DNA of 64,000 nt, taken from NCBI GenBank assembly GCA_002269645.1, contig NIVC01000536.1, positions 1 through 64,000 on the forward strand. Direction: 5' to 3'. The position numbers and the translations under genes are program-made. The notes below the pieces were generated by a model, which worked only from the letters and a program-made list of their open reading frames with translations, searched no databases and had not been told where the DNA came from. Positions within the stretch are counted from its first letter, which is position 1, and each line of letters starts with the position of its first letter. Shown here piece after piece: positions 54,330 to 64,000 of this stretch. The DNA comes from Macrostomum lignano. Taxonomy: Eukaryota.

Positions 54330-55668
54330 TAGTCTAGACAGGGTAGTTTATTATCTAGACAGGGTAGTTTATTATCTAGATTGGGTAGTTTATTATCTAT
54401 ATTGGGTAGTTTATTATCTAGATTGGATAGTTTATGATCTAGATAGGGTAGTTTATGATCTAGATTGGATAGTTTATGATCTAGATTGGATAGTTTATGA
54501 TCTAGATTGGATAGTTTATGATCTAGATTGGATAGTTTATGATCTAGATTGGATAGTTTATGGTCTAGATTGGGCAGTTTATGATCTAGATTGGGTAGTT
54601 TATGATCTAGATAGGGTAGTTTATTATCTAGATTGGATAGTTTATTATCTAGATTGGATAGTTTATGATCTAGATTGGATAGTTTATGATCTAGATTGGA
54701 TAGTTTATGATCTAGATTGGATAGTTTATGATCTAGATTGGATAGTTTATGATCTAGATTGGATAGTTTATGATCTAGATTGGATAGTTTATGATCTAGA
54801 TTGGGCAGTTTATGATCTAGATTGGGTAGTTTATGATCTAGATAGGGTAGTTTATTATCTAGATTGGATAGTTTATGATCTAGATTGGATAGTTTATGAT
54901 CTAGATTTGATAGTTTATGATCTAGATTGGATAGTTTATGATCTAGATTGGATAGTTTATGATCTAGACAGGGTAGTTTATGATCTAGTTTGGGTAGTTT
55001 ATGATCTAGATTGGGAAGTTTATGATCTAGATTGGGTAGTTTATGATCTAGATTGGATAGTTTATGATCTAGATTGGATAGTTTATGATCTAGATTGGAT
55101 AGTTTATGATCTAGATTGGATAGTTTATGATCTAGATTGGATATTTTATGATCTAGATTGGGCAGTTTATGATCTAGATTGGGTAGTTTATGATCTAGAC
55201 AGGTTAGTTTATTATCTAGATTCAATAGTTTATTATCTAGATTGGGTAGTTTATGATCTAGATTAGGTAGTTTATGATCTAGATTGGGTAGTTTATTATC
55301 TATATTGGGTAGTTTATGATCTAGATAGGGTAGTTTATTATCTAGATTGGGTAGTTTATTATCTATATTGGGTAGTTTATGATCTAGATAGGGTAGTTTA
55401 TTATCTAGATTGGATAGTTTATGATCTAGATTGGATAGTTTATGATCTAGATTGGATAGTTTATTATCTATATTGGATAGTTTATGATCTAGATTGGATA
55501 GTTTATGATCTAGACAGGGTAGTTTATGATCTAGTTTGGGTAGTTTATGATCTAGATTGGGTAGTTTATGATCTAGATTGGTTAGTTTATGATCTAGATT
55601 GGGTAGTTTATGATCTAGATTGGGTAGTTTATGATCTAGATTGGGTAGTTTATGATCTAGATTGGGTG
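54330..55668. repeat. 21-bp intergenic minisatellite
   Basis: tttatgatctagattggatag units. Confidence 0.95.
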
Positions 55669-55693
55669 GTTCGTGATAATTTTCATTCATAAA

Positions 55694-55699
55694 TTTATT
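55694..55699 (-). terminator. Polyadenylation signal AATAAA of PLC-beta
   Basis: ~75 nt past the stop at 55775. Confidence 0.55.
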
Positions 55700-55774
55700 A
55701 AGTTTACTAAAATTTCTACTAAAAATGTTCCACTCAAGCCCGACTTCATGCGGCGCAGCTTCTCTTCAGCTTCA

Positions 55775-58700
55775 TCAAGGACTTTTTGAGCAGCTGGGAC
55801 CTGGGCCGCCAGTTCCGCCGCAGCCGCCGCAACCGCTTCCTCCGGAAGCCACCGTCTTGCCGAGTTCCGAGAGCTTCTGCTGCAGTTCCGCTTCGATCAG
55901 CCGGGTCTCCTGATGATGCAGATTGTTTGCGGAAATCGCTACTGGATTTCAGATAAAAACTTTTGGATATTCTTCAACTCCCAAGTACTGAATCCCAAAT
56001 ATAAAAATCCCGAAATCTGGATTCCGAATCCCCAAATCCCAAATCTTGGATTCCAACTCCCCAAATCCCAAAATCTGGATCCCAAATCCCCAAATCCCAA
56101 ATTTTGGATCCCAAATCCCCAAATCCCAAATTTTGGATCCCAAATCCCCAAATCCTAAATTTTGGATCCCAAATCCCCAAATCCCAAAATCTGGTTCCCA
56201 AATCACCAAATCCCAAAACCTTGATCCTGAATCCGCAAGCCCCAAAATCTGAATCTCAACTCCCTAAATCTCAAAAATCTTGATCCCCAATCTCCAAATC
56301 CCAAATCCCAAATTTAGGATCACAAATCCCCAAATTCAAAATTCTAGATCCGAAATCCCGAAATCTGGATCCCAACTCCTCCAATCCTAAAATCTGGATC
56401 CCGAATCCCAAATCCCCAAACGCTAAATGCCCCATCCATATACCCGACCTCGAATCCAAGCCGCCATCAACGAACCTCAGCGTAGGCCGCCTCGATCTCA
56501 AGGCCCAGCCGGTCCCGCTGCTCCTTTAGCGCCTTCAGCTGCCTGGAGTGCTGGGAGTCCAGGGCCTGCAGCTCAGTCACCGCGGCCACAATCTGCCGCT
56601 GCTGAAAGTCCCGCCTGGCCTCGCGCAGCTCCTCGGCGCGGTCCTGCAATCGGTGTGCCAACTGGCGCGCCTCGGCGCTTCTCTGGCGCTCGCGAGTTCG
56701 CTTGAGCTGCGCCCGCTCGGCCGAGTGGCCGGCCTCCAGCCTCTGCCGGGCCGCCGACTCCGCCGAAGCCAGCGCTGCGGCCAGGGCGTCCCGGCGCTGG
56801 GCGGAGAATTTCAAGCGCATTGCGGACTCGGCGCAAGCTTGGGCGTCCAGCTGACTGCGGACCTCCGCCTCCTGGCTGGCCGACAGCTGGCAGGCCTGGG
56901 GTTCGGTTCGAGTTTGGGGTTGGCGTGTTTGGGGTTGGTGCGTTTCGGGTTGGCGTGTTTGGGGTTGGCGTGTTTGGGGTTGGCGTGTTTGGGGTTGGCG
57001 TGTTTGGGGTTGGCGTGTTTGGGGTTGGCGTGTTTGGGGTTGGTGTGTTTGGGGTTGGCGTGTTTGGGGTTGGTGTGTTTGGGGTTGGTGCGTTTGAGGT
57101 TGGCGTATTTGGGGATGGCGTGTTTGGGATTGGCGTGTTTGAGGTTGGCGTGTTTGGGGTTGGCGTGTTTGGGGATGGCGTGTTTGGGGTTGGTGCGTTT
57201 GGAGTTGGTGTGTTTGGGGTTGGTGTGTTTGGGGTTGGTTGGCGTGTTTGGGGTCGGCGTGTTTGGGGTTGGTGTGTTTGTGGTTGGCGTTTTTGGGGTT
57301 GGTTGGCGTGTTTGGGGTTGGTGTGTTTGGGGTTGGTGTGTTTGGGGTTGGTGTGTTTGGGGTTGGTTGGCGTGTTTGAGGTTGGCGTGTTTGGGGGTTG
57401 GCGTGTTTGGGGTTGACACACAGCGATCCCAGCAAACCGGGAAAGCTTGAATTCCTCACTTTGCGCCCGAAGTCCCTCTCGGACGCGCAGCGCACAGCTT
57501 CCGGCTGCTCTGGCTCGCTCGGCTCGTCTCGACGCCGCAGCGACCAGGTGGCCAGCTTCTTCTTAGCCGAGGTCCCGGACTCGAGTCGGGCCAGGGCAAC
57601 CCGGTGTTTGGTGCGCAGGCTGATCAGAGCCTTGAAGAAATTCATATTCGGGCTAATAGCGCTGCACTACTTGTAGTGGTCAGTAAAGCAAATTGCAACA
57701 AAACTTTATGCGCTTACCTTCTGATTCTGTTTAAGCATTGATTGCGTCTCTTTTTCCTCTTTCTGCAACAATTTCTGGTACTTCTTGTCTCTCCTGAGCT
57801 CATCCAGAGGCATCAGCTGCGTGGCGGGATCTGCTTGCGGGTGGAAGCAGACCGGGTCAGGATTTTTGGCTCGTACTTGATGGGAGAGGTAGCCGTGCGG
57901 AGGGGCTCAAGGTCCCGGGTTCGAATTAAGTCAAGCCCATGACACCCATGAGGGTGTCGGCAAACGTTTTACCTCAGAGCCAGATAAAGAATGTAAAGAG
58001 CATTACTGCGGGCCAGATGAGAGAAGAGGGAATAGAGGAGAGAGAGAAGAGACGAAAGGTGAGAGATGCAAGGAGAGAAGAGGAGAGGAGAGATGCGAGA
58101 AGGGAGGAGAGGCGCGGGGAGGGGAGTAGATAGAGGAGAGGAGAGGAAGAGAGAGATGAGAGAGAGGAGAGATAAGAGGAGAGAAAAGAGAGAAAAGGGG
58201 GAAAGAGAACTGAGAAGAGACAAACCTTGAGCGGGCCGGATTGCTATTGTGAAATTTCAAAGGACCCGAGGGCCGGATAGAGAGGCTTCGCGAGCCTGAG
58301 TCTGCCGTCCCCCTATTTAGAGGAATATGGCTATTCTGTACACAGATGAAACACTCGCAACGCCTGTAAACTATATTGAAAGTATCAATTACACGTACAT
58401 CCTACTGATGAGTAGCATGTTCAATTTAAAACCTGCTCACCTAAGTTGCTCGATGTTGCAGAGGTTGCAGTCGCAGCAGAGGCAGCTGAAGCGGTTGGAG
58501 GTTCAACAGGTGCAGTGCCAGCTGGTGACACCTCAGTGTGGTTCCTGCTAGCGTTTGATTTTATTGAGCTAGATAGACTGGGCTGTTGCAGACTCTGCTG
58601 CTGCTGCTGTTGTTGTTGAACAGGTCGATTTGCTTTAGCAGCCGCAGCTGCCTGGCTGGATGGAACACCTGAAGTCTGAGCTCCATTTTCGCTGGCTGAG

Positions 58701-61154
58701 ATCTTCTCCTAGAGGCAGAGCGAGAGTCACACGTAAATCCTATCATTTTAGCAGTTGTTGGTTGGGCATTCACTGATGCCTCAGATACCCATCACTGATG
58801 CCTCAGATACCCATCACTGATGCCTCAGATACCCGTCACTGATTCCTCAGATACCCGTCACTGATGCCTCAGATACCCGTCACTGATGCCTCAGATACCC
58901 GTCACTGATGCCTCAGATACCCATCACTGATGCCTCAGATAGCCATCACTGATGCCTCAGATACCCGTCACTGATTCCTCAGATACCCGTCACTGATGCC
59001 TCAGATACCCGTCACTGATGCCTCAGATACCCGTCACTGATGCCTCAGATACCCGTCACTGATGCCTCAGATACCCGTCACTGATGCCTCAGATACCCGT
59101 CACTGATGCCTCAGATACCCGTCACTGATGCCTCAGATACCCGTCACTGATGCCTCAGATACCCGTCACTGATGCCTCAGATACCCGTCACTGATGCCTC
59201 AGATACCCGTCACTGATGCCTCAGATACCCGTCACTGATTCTTCAGATACCCGTCACTGATTCCTCAGATACCCGTCACTGATGCCTCAGATACCCGTCA
59301 CTGATTCTTCAGATACCCGTCACTGATTCCTCAGCTACCCGTCACGGATTCTCCGGGCTCCTCAAAGCAGGCTGGAGGTTTTACTCCTAGTAAAAACTAC
59401 AAAAGCCCACTCGTGAGCTCGCCAGTTTCACCTCTTTGTCGAAGTCGTCAGTCAGCACCAACATCTGCTGCTGGTGCTTTTCCTTCTGGCTCAGGTACTG
59501 GATTGGATTGGAGAGAGCCGCGGCCAGCTCTGGATTGAGGATGGATTGATTGGACGGCAGCTACTATAAGTAGAGTGATTCGAATAGTGTTTGAAAAGAA
59601 TCAGTTTAATTTCGAAAAATATTGCTTTAATTAATAAATACTAAAGTCAATAAGGAGCCTCACTCAGTTTCGCTCCGATTTTCACTCTCAGTGTCACTCT
59701 CCATTTGAATTCACTCTCTGTGTCACTCTCCCTTTGAATTCACTCTCTGTGTCATTCTCACTCTGAGTTCACTCTCAGTGTCACTCTCCCTCTGACTTCA
59801 CTCCCAGTGCCACTCTCCCTCTGACTTCACTCCCAGTGTCACTCTCCCTCTGACTTCACTCTCAGTGTCACTCTCCCTCTGACTTCACTCACAGTGTCAC
59901 TCTCCCTCTGACTTCACTGCCAGTGTCACTCTCCCTCTGACTTCACTCTCAGTGTCACTCTCCCTCTTACTTCACTCCCAGTGTCACTCTCCCTCTGACT
60001 TCACTCTCAGTGTCACTCTCCTCTAGAAGCAGCAAGATTCTCACCGGCAAAGGCGTCAGACACGTAGTCGCTGACGGAGATGCAGACAAACAGAGCGGCC
60101 AACGGCAGCGGCTGGCCCAGCTCAGTAAACAGCGGCAGGTAGCGGAACCCCGGCCGCAGTGCGTCCACCGGCAGAAATCGCTGGCCGATGAGGCGGCCAG
60201 ACTCCTCGCTGACTGAGACTCTTAGAGTGGCCAACTGGGGCAGGACCACCTGCAGGGGGGTCCGAGGTGGGTTGGACACAAGCCCAATGTTGGTTAGACA
60301 CTGGTTCGAGATTAGTTAGACACTGGTTCGAGATTGGTTAGACACTGGTTCGAGATTGGTTAGACACTGGTTCGAGATTGGTTAGACACTGGTTCGAGAT
60401 TAGTTAGACACTGATTCGAGATTGGTTAGACACTGGTTCGAGATTGGTTAGACACTGGTTCGAGATTGGTTAGACACTGGTTCGAGATTGGTTAGACACT
60501 GGTTCGAGATTGGTTAGACACTGGTTCGAGATTGGTTAGACACTGGTTCGAGATTGGTTAGACACTGGTTCGAGATTGGTTAGACACTGGTTCGAGATTG
60601 GTTAGACACTGGTTCGAGATTAGTTGGACACTGGTTCGAGATTGGTTAGACACAGGTTAGACACTGGTTAGACACTGGTTAGACACTGGTTAGACATTGG
60701 TTAGACATTGGTTAGACACTGGTTAGACACCAATCAAGACAAATCAACCAACCTTTTTAAACACGAACGGTTCGTGATTGAACTGCGGATCCAGTCCGTT
60801 GCCGGGCACCGTTCGGGTTCGGAATCGCTTTCGAACCGTGTCCGCTGGCAGGCCGTACATCTCCACCTCGACGTAGACACCTGCAATTAGTAACAAAGTA
60901 GGTCACGTGTGCTCCCCTAAGCGCTCCGTTTTAAAACTGATCAACACGGTAAAAGTACAAACCGACTCGCCGCTCCGACAGGCAGTGTCCGGAGATGACT
61001 CGAACCGAGAGGCTGTTGGCCACGATGCCGTCCACAGTGGATTCGGAGAAGGGGTCGAACCGGCGGTCTGGTCGGCGCATGAAGTCCGGCTTGAGCAGAT
61101 AGCCACAGTGGCGCTGGTAGTGGAATATCCCCAGGTTGAGCTGCAGGCCCAGGT
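55775..61154 (-). CDS. PLCB: Phospholipase C-beta (PLC21C/PLCB1-3-like), 3' half: end of Y box, C2 domain, coiled-coil CTD
   Basis: Exons 61154-60963, 60880-60753, 60249-60045, 59529-59432, 59396-59339 (tentative), 58668-58441, 57830-57718, ~57630-57460, ~56895-56476, 55909-55775. [77 protein letters not shown]. Confidence 0.93.
55985..56430. repeat. Degenerate AATCCC repeat in PLC-beta intron
   Basis: aatccccaaatcccaaattttggatccc units. Confidence 0.8.
56476..56895 (-). CDS. PLCB: PLC-beta exon, distal CTD coiled coil
   Basis: Coiled-coil stretch [26 protein letters not shown]; preceded by exon ~57630-57460. Confidence 0.78.
56905..57412. repeat. 15-bp TTGGCGTGTTTGGGG repeat in PLC-beta intron
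   Basis: Tandem periodicity. Confidence 0.9.
57718..57830 (-). CDS. PLCB: PLC-beta exon, distal CTD start
   Basis: [28 protein letters not shown]; AAG|GTAAGC donor. Confidence 0.8.
58441..58668 (-). CDS. PLCB: PLC-beta exon, low-complexity CTD linker
   Basis: Open Gln/Ala/Ser-rich frame between cttcAG and GTGAGC, phase-compatible. Confidence 0.6.
58775..59345. repeat. 22-bp minisatellite
   Basis: cactgatgcctcagatacccgt units. Confidence 0.95.
59432..59529 (-). CDS. PLCB: PLC-beta exon, proximal CTD
   Basis: [33 protein letters not shown]. Confidence 0.88.
59685..60020. repeat. 29-bp minisatellite
   Basis: cactctccctctgacttcactctcagtgt units. Confidence 0.88.
60045..60249 (-). CDS. PLCB: PLC-beta exon, C2 domain
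   Basis: [41 protein letters not shown]. Confidence 0.93.
60290..60730. repeat. 22-bp minisatellite
   Basis: ggttagacactggttcgagatt units. Confidence 0.93.
60753..60880 (-). CDS. PLCB: PLC-beta exon, C2 domain
   Basis: [43 protein letters not shown]. Confidence 0.93.
60963..61154 (-). CDS. PLCB: PLC-beta exon, Y-box end/C2 start (not in ORF track)
   Basis: [56 protein letters not shown]. Confidence 0.93.
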
Positions 61155-61214
61155 CTGCGGGATAGTGGTTTGGGATTTGGGATTTCAGAATCTGAGATCA
61201 TAGTATTGTTAGAT

Positions 61215-61937
61215 CTTGGGATCTTGGGATCTTGGGATCTTGGGATCTGGGATCTTGGGATCTGGGATCTTGGGATCTGGGATCTTGGGATCTAGGATCT
61301 TGGCATCTGGGATCTTGGGATCTGGGATCTTGGGATCTGGGATCTTGGGATCTGGGATCTTGGGATCTGGGATCTTGGGATCTGGGATCTTGGGATATGG
61401 GATCTTGGGATATGGGATCTTGGGATATGGGATCTTGGGATATGGGATCTTGGGATATGGGATCTTGGGATATGGGATCTTGGGATATGGGATCTTGGGA
61501 TATGGGATCTTGGGATATGGGATCTTGGGATATGGGATCTTGGGATATGGGATCTTGGGATATGGGATCTTGGGATATGGGATCTTGGGATATGGGATCT
61601 TGGGATATGGGATCTTGGGATATGGGATCTTGGGATATGGGATCTTGGGATATGGGATCTTGGGATATGGGATCTTGGGATATGGGATCTTGGGATATGG
61701 GATCTTGGGATATGGGATCTTGGGATCTGGGATCTTGGGATATGGGATCTTGGGATATGGGATCTTGGGATATGGGATCTTGGGATATGGGATCTTGGGA
61801 TATGGGATCTTGGGATATGGGATCTTGGGATATGGGATCTTGGGATATGGGATCTTGGGATATGGGATCTTGGGATCTGGGATCTTGGGATCTGGGATCT
61901 TGGGATCTGGGATCTTGGGATCTGGGATCTTGGGATC
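61215..61937. repeat. 15-bp minisatellite
   Basis: gggatcttgggatat / gggatcttgggatct units. Confidence 0.95.
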
Positions 61938-62481
61938 TTTGGTGGAATTTTAGGCTCCACTATTGCTTTCCTTTTTCAATAAAATCATGACTCAACTGCC
62001 TCAGGCATAAACTTATTAGTCTGATGCGCTCTCTGGGCACTCTGGCTATAATGCTTCAAATCCTCAGATCAAACAAGAATCCCACTTCAAAACCAGGCGG
62101 GGAGGCTCAATAGTGGAGGTTTTAATTGTTTGCTCAAATCATTTCGCTACGGGAGGGTCAGGCGGGGCAGAGCGGAGATCTGCTTTTGACACCTTTCGTT
62201 CACCTCTCTCAGCGTGAGGGCACTGGCGCCAAGTAGGAGGTGAGAAGGTGAGGGCTCGGGAGAGAGTGATTAGTAGATCTCAGCCTCCATCAAATCACGA
62301 GCTGCCTCTTACAGCCTCCTTGGAAAATTGACGCGCGCTCTCAAGAACACTCTCCACCCCGGGTGAGCAAATTTTTACTGAAAACGAATATTTAAAGCCA
62401 AGACTTCCGACAGCTCAGCTCTGCTTCTGTCTGTGAGACTCAAAAGCGCTCGGCTGTTTGTAACGGATTTTCTTCATCAAG

Positions 62482-63424
62482 ATGTCGGACGCTGAGGAAC
62501 AGGTGCTGCTTGCTGGGCTTGTCGAGGGATCAGCATCTGCTCTGGGAGACTGCAGCGGCGGCGGCAGCGGCTGCTTCATAATGGCGGGATTCAACTCAAG
62601 CAGCTCCACTGTGGATGGTGAGTCCCGTGAAACTGGTGTGGTCACTCTCATCCCATCCCGGTTCTCTTGTTCCGTCACTCTCACCCGTCACTCTTACTCG
62701 TCACTCTCACCTGTCACTTTCACCCGTCACCCTCGCTCGTCACTCTCACCCGTCACTCTCACCCGTCACTCTCACTCGTCACTCTCACTCCGTCACTCTC
62801 ACTCCGTCACTCTCACTCCGTCACTTTCACTCGTCACTCTCATCCGTCACTCTCACTCGTCACTCCCACCCGTCACTCCCACCCATCACTCTCACTCGTC
62901 ACTCCCACCCGTAACTCCCACCCGTCACTCTCACCCGTCACTCTCACCCGTCACTCTCACTCGTCACTCCCACCCGTCACTCCCACCCGTCACTCTCACC
63001 CGTCACTCCCACCCGTCACTCTCACTCGTCACACGCCCCCACAGAGTCGAACCCGCTGGAGGAGGTGCCCAAAGAGCGGGCCAGTTTCCGCGAGCGCAAG
63101 CGAATGTTTAGCATCAACTCGGCATTCGAGGAGCTGCGCAGCCACATCCCGACATTTCCGTACGAGAGGCGACTGTCGAAAATCGACACCCTCCGACTGG
63201 CCATCGGCTACATCGCCTTCCTCCGCGATGTGCTGGACTCTGAGTTCTCTAGCCCAGACGAATTCATCCGACACGCCCTTGCACCCAGCCAGCAGTGCCG
63301 CAACTACAGGCAGGCGGAGTGGTTCACCAGCGACCTGCTGGCCCGGCTGGGCTGGCTGCGCTGCCGCAACCTCGGCTGCTGCCCCGACTTTGCCGATATC
63401 GCCACCCTGACTAAGATTGCCTAG
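62482..63424 (+). CDS. Fer2: bHLH transcription factor, Fer2 (48-related-2)/PTFb class; exons 62482-62617 and 63045-63424, 171 aa
   Basis: [49 protein letters not shown] plus C-terminal [12 protein letters not shown], resembling the Fer2-type WxTSDLxARLSW; GTGAGT donor and cacAG acceptor in phase 1. Confidence 0.88.
62660..63032. repeat. ~13-bp degenerate repeat in the bHLH intron
   Basis: cactctcacccgt units. Confidence 0.85.
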
Positions 63425-63439
63425 TTGGTGTGCTGCCGC

Positions 63440-63765
63440 TGGTGTTTGGGAGTGGGGTGGGTGTTGGGAGTTAGGAGGGTGTTGGGTTGGGAGTGAGGTG
63501 GGTGTTGGGAGTGAGGTTGGTGTTGGGAGTGAGGAGGGTGTTGGGTTGGGAGTGAGGTGGGTGTTGGGAGTGAGGTGGGTGATGTGAGTGATGTGAGTGA
63601 GGTGGGTGTTAGGAGTGAGGTGGGTGTTGGGAGTGAGGAGGGTGTTGGGTTGGGAGTGAGGTGGGTGTTGGGAGTGAGGTGGGTGATGTGAGTGATGTGA
63701 GTGAGGTGGGTGTTGGGAGTGAGGTGGGTGTTGGGAGTGAGGTGGGCGTTGGAAATGGGGTGGGT
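63440..63765. repeat. ~18-bp GT-rich repeat after the bHLH stop
   Basis: gggtgttgggagtgaggt units. Confidence 0.85.
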
Positions 63766-64000
63766 GTTGTGCTATCAGTGCTAGTTAGCCTCTAAAATTA
63801 GTAAAGTTTTATCGCGGTAAAACTCAACCTGCTGGCCCATGGAATTGTTAATTTTATAAAAATACAATCTTGATCGTTATTAAAACTTAAAATTTACTTA
63901 CCAGTACTTTCGATGTGTTAACTTTAACTTTCTTCTTGTTTCGATTTATTTGCTTAAACTATACTAGCTTTTACAGACTGGCATTGATCGCTGAGGTTTA

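Noticed and set aside
54314-55690. 458-aa ATG-initiated (LDHKLSN)n ORF
   Set aside because: A 21-bp minisatellite open by chance. Unit variants are largely non-synonymous (S/P/T, H/N, N/C/Y/K), there is no signal peptide, and it lies just past the PLC-beta poly(A) signal.
61216-61990. (GILGY)n collagen- or eggshell-like ORF
   Set aside because: A 15-bp intronic minisatellite open in several frames, with no signal peptide and non-synonymous variation.

Overview
Eukaryotic (metazoan) genomic window with GC-rich exons, GT-AG introns and a different mini/microsatellite in almost every intron. This style suggests a free-living flatworm such as Macrostomum (inference only). Five protein-coding genes were reconstructed by hand using splice-phase consistency. 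(1) Teneurin, + strand, 17 exons from 889 to 32753 (~2,590 aa: 8 EGF, Ig-like/FN-plug, NHL, YD/RHS shell, Tox-GHH); its intracellular domain and TM segment lie upstream of the window. (2) An intronless gene for an unrecognised secreted 355-aa block-repeat protein, (YRQDKYRK)n then (KPDQKPD)n, - strand 37897-38964. (3) A RAPGEF2/6-like (PDZ-GEF) gene lacking the PDZ domain, + strand 43100-53729, 7 exons, ~917 aa. (4) The 3' half of a phospholipase C-beta gene, - strand 61154-55775. (5) A Fer2/PTFb-class bHLH gene, + strand 62482-63424, apparently nested antisense in a PLC-beta intron. Most long ORFs in the supplied track are tandem-repeat artefacts. Best leads: the Tyr/Lys/Arg-rich secreted protein, the PDZ-less RapGEF, loss of the dimerising cysteine in teneurin EGF2, and minisatellites seeded on splice donors.
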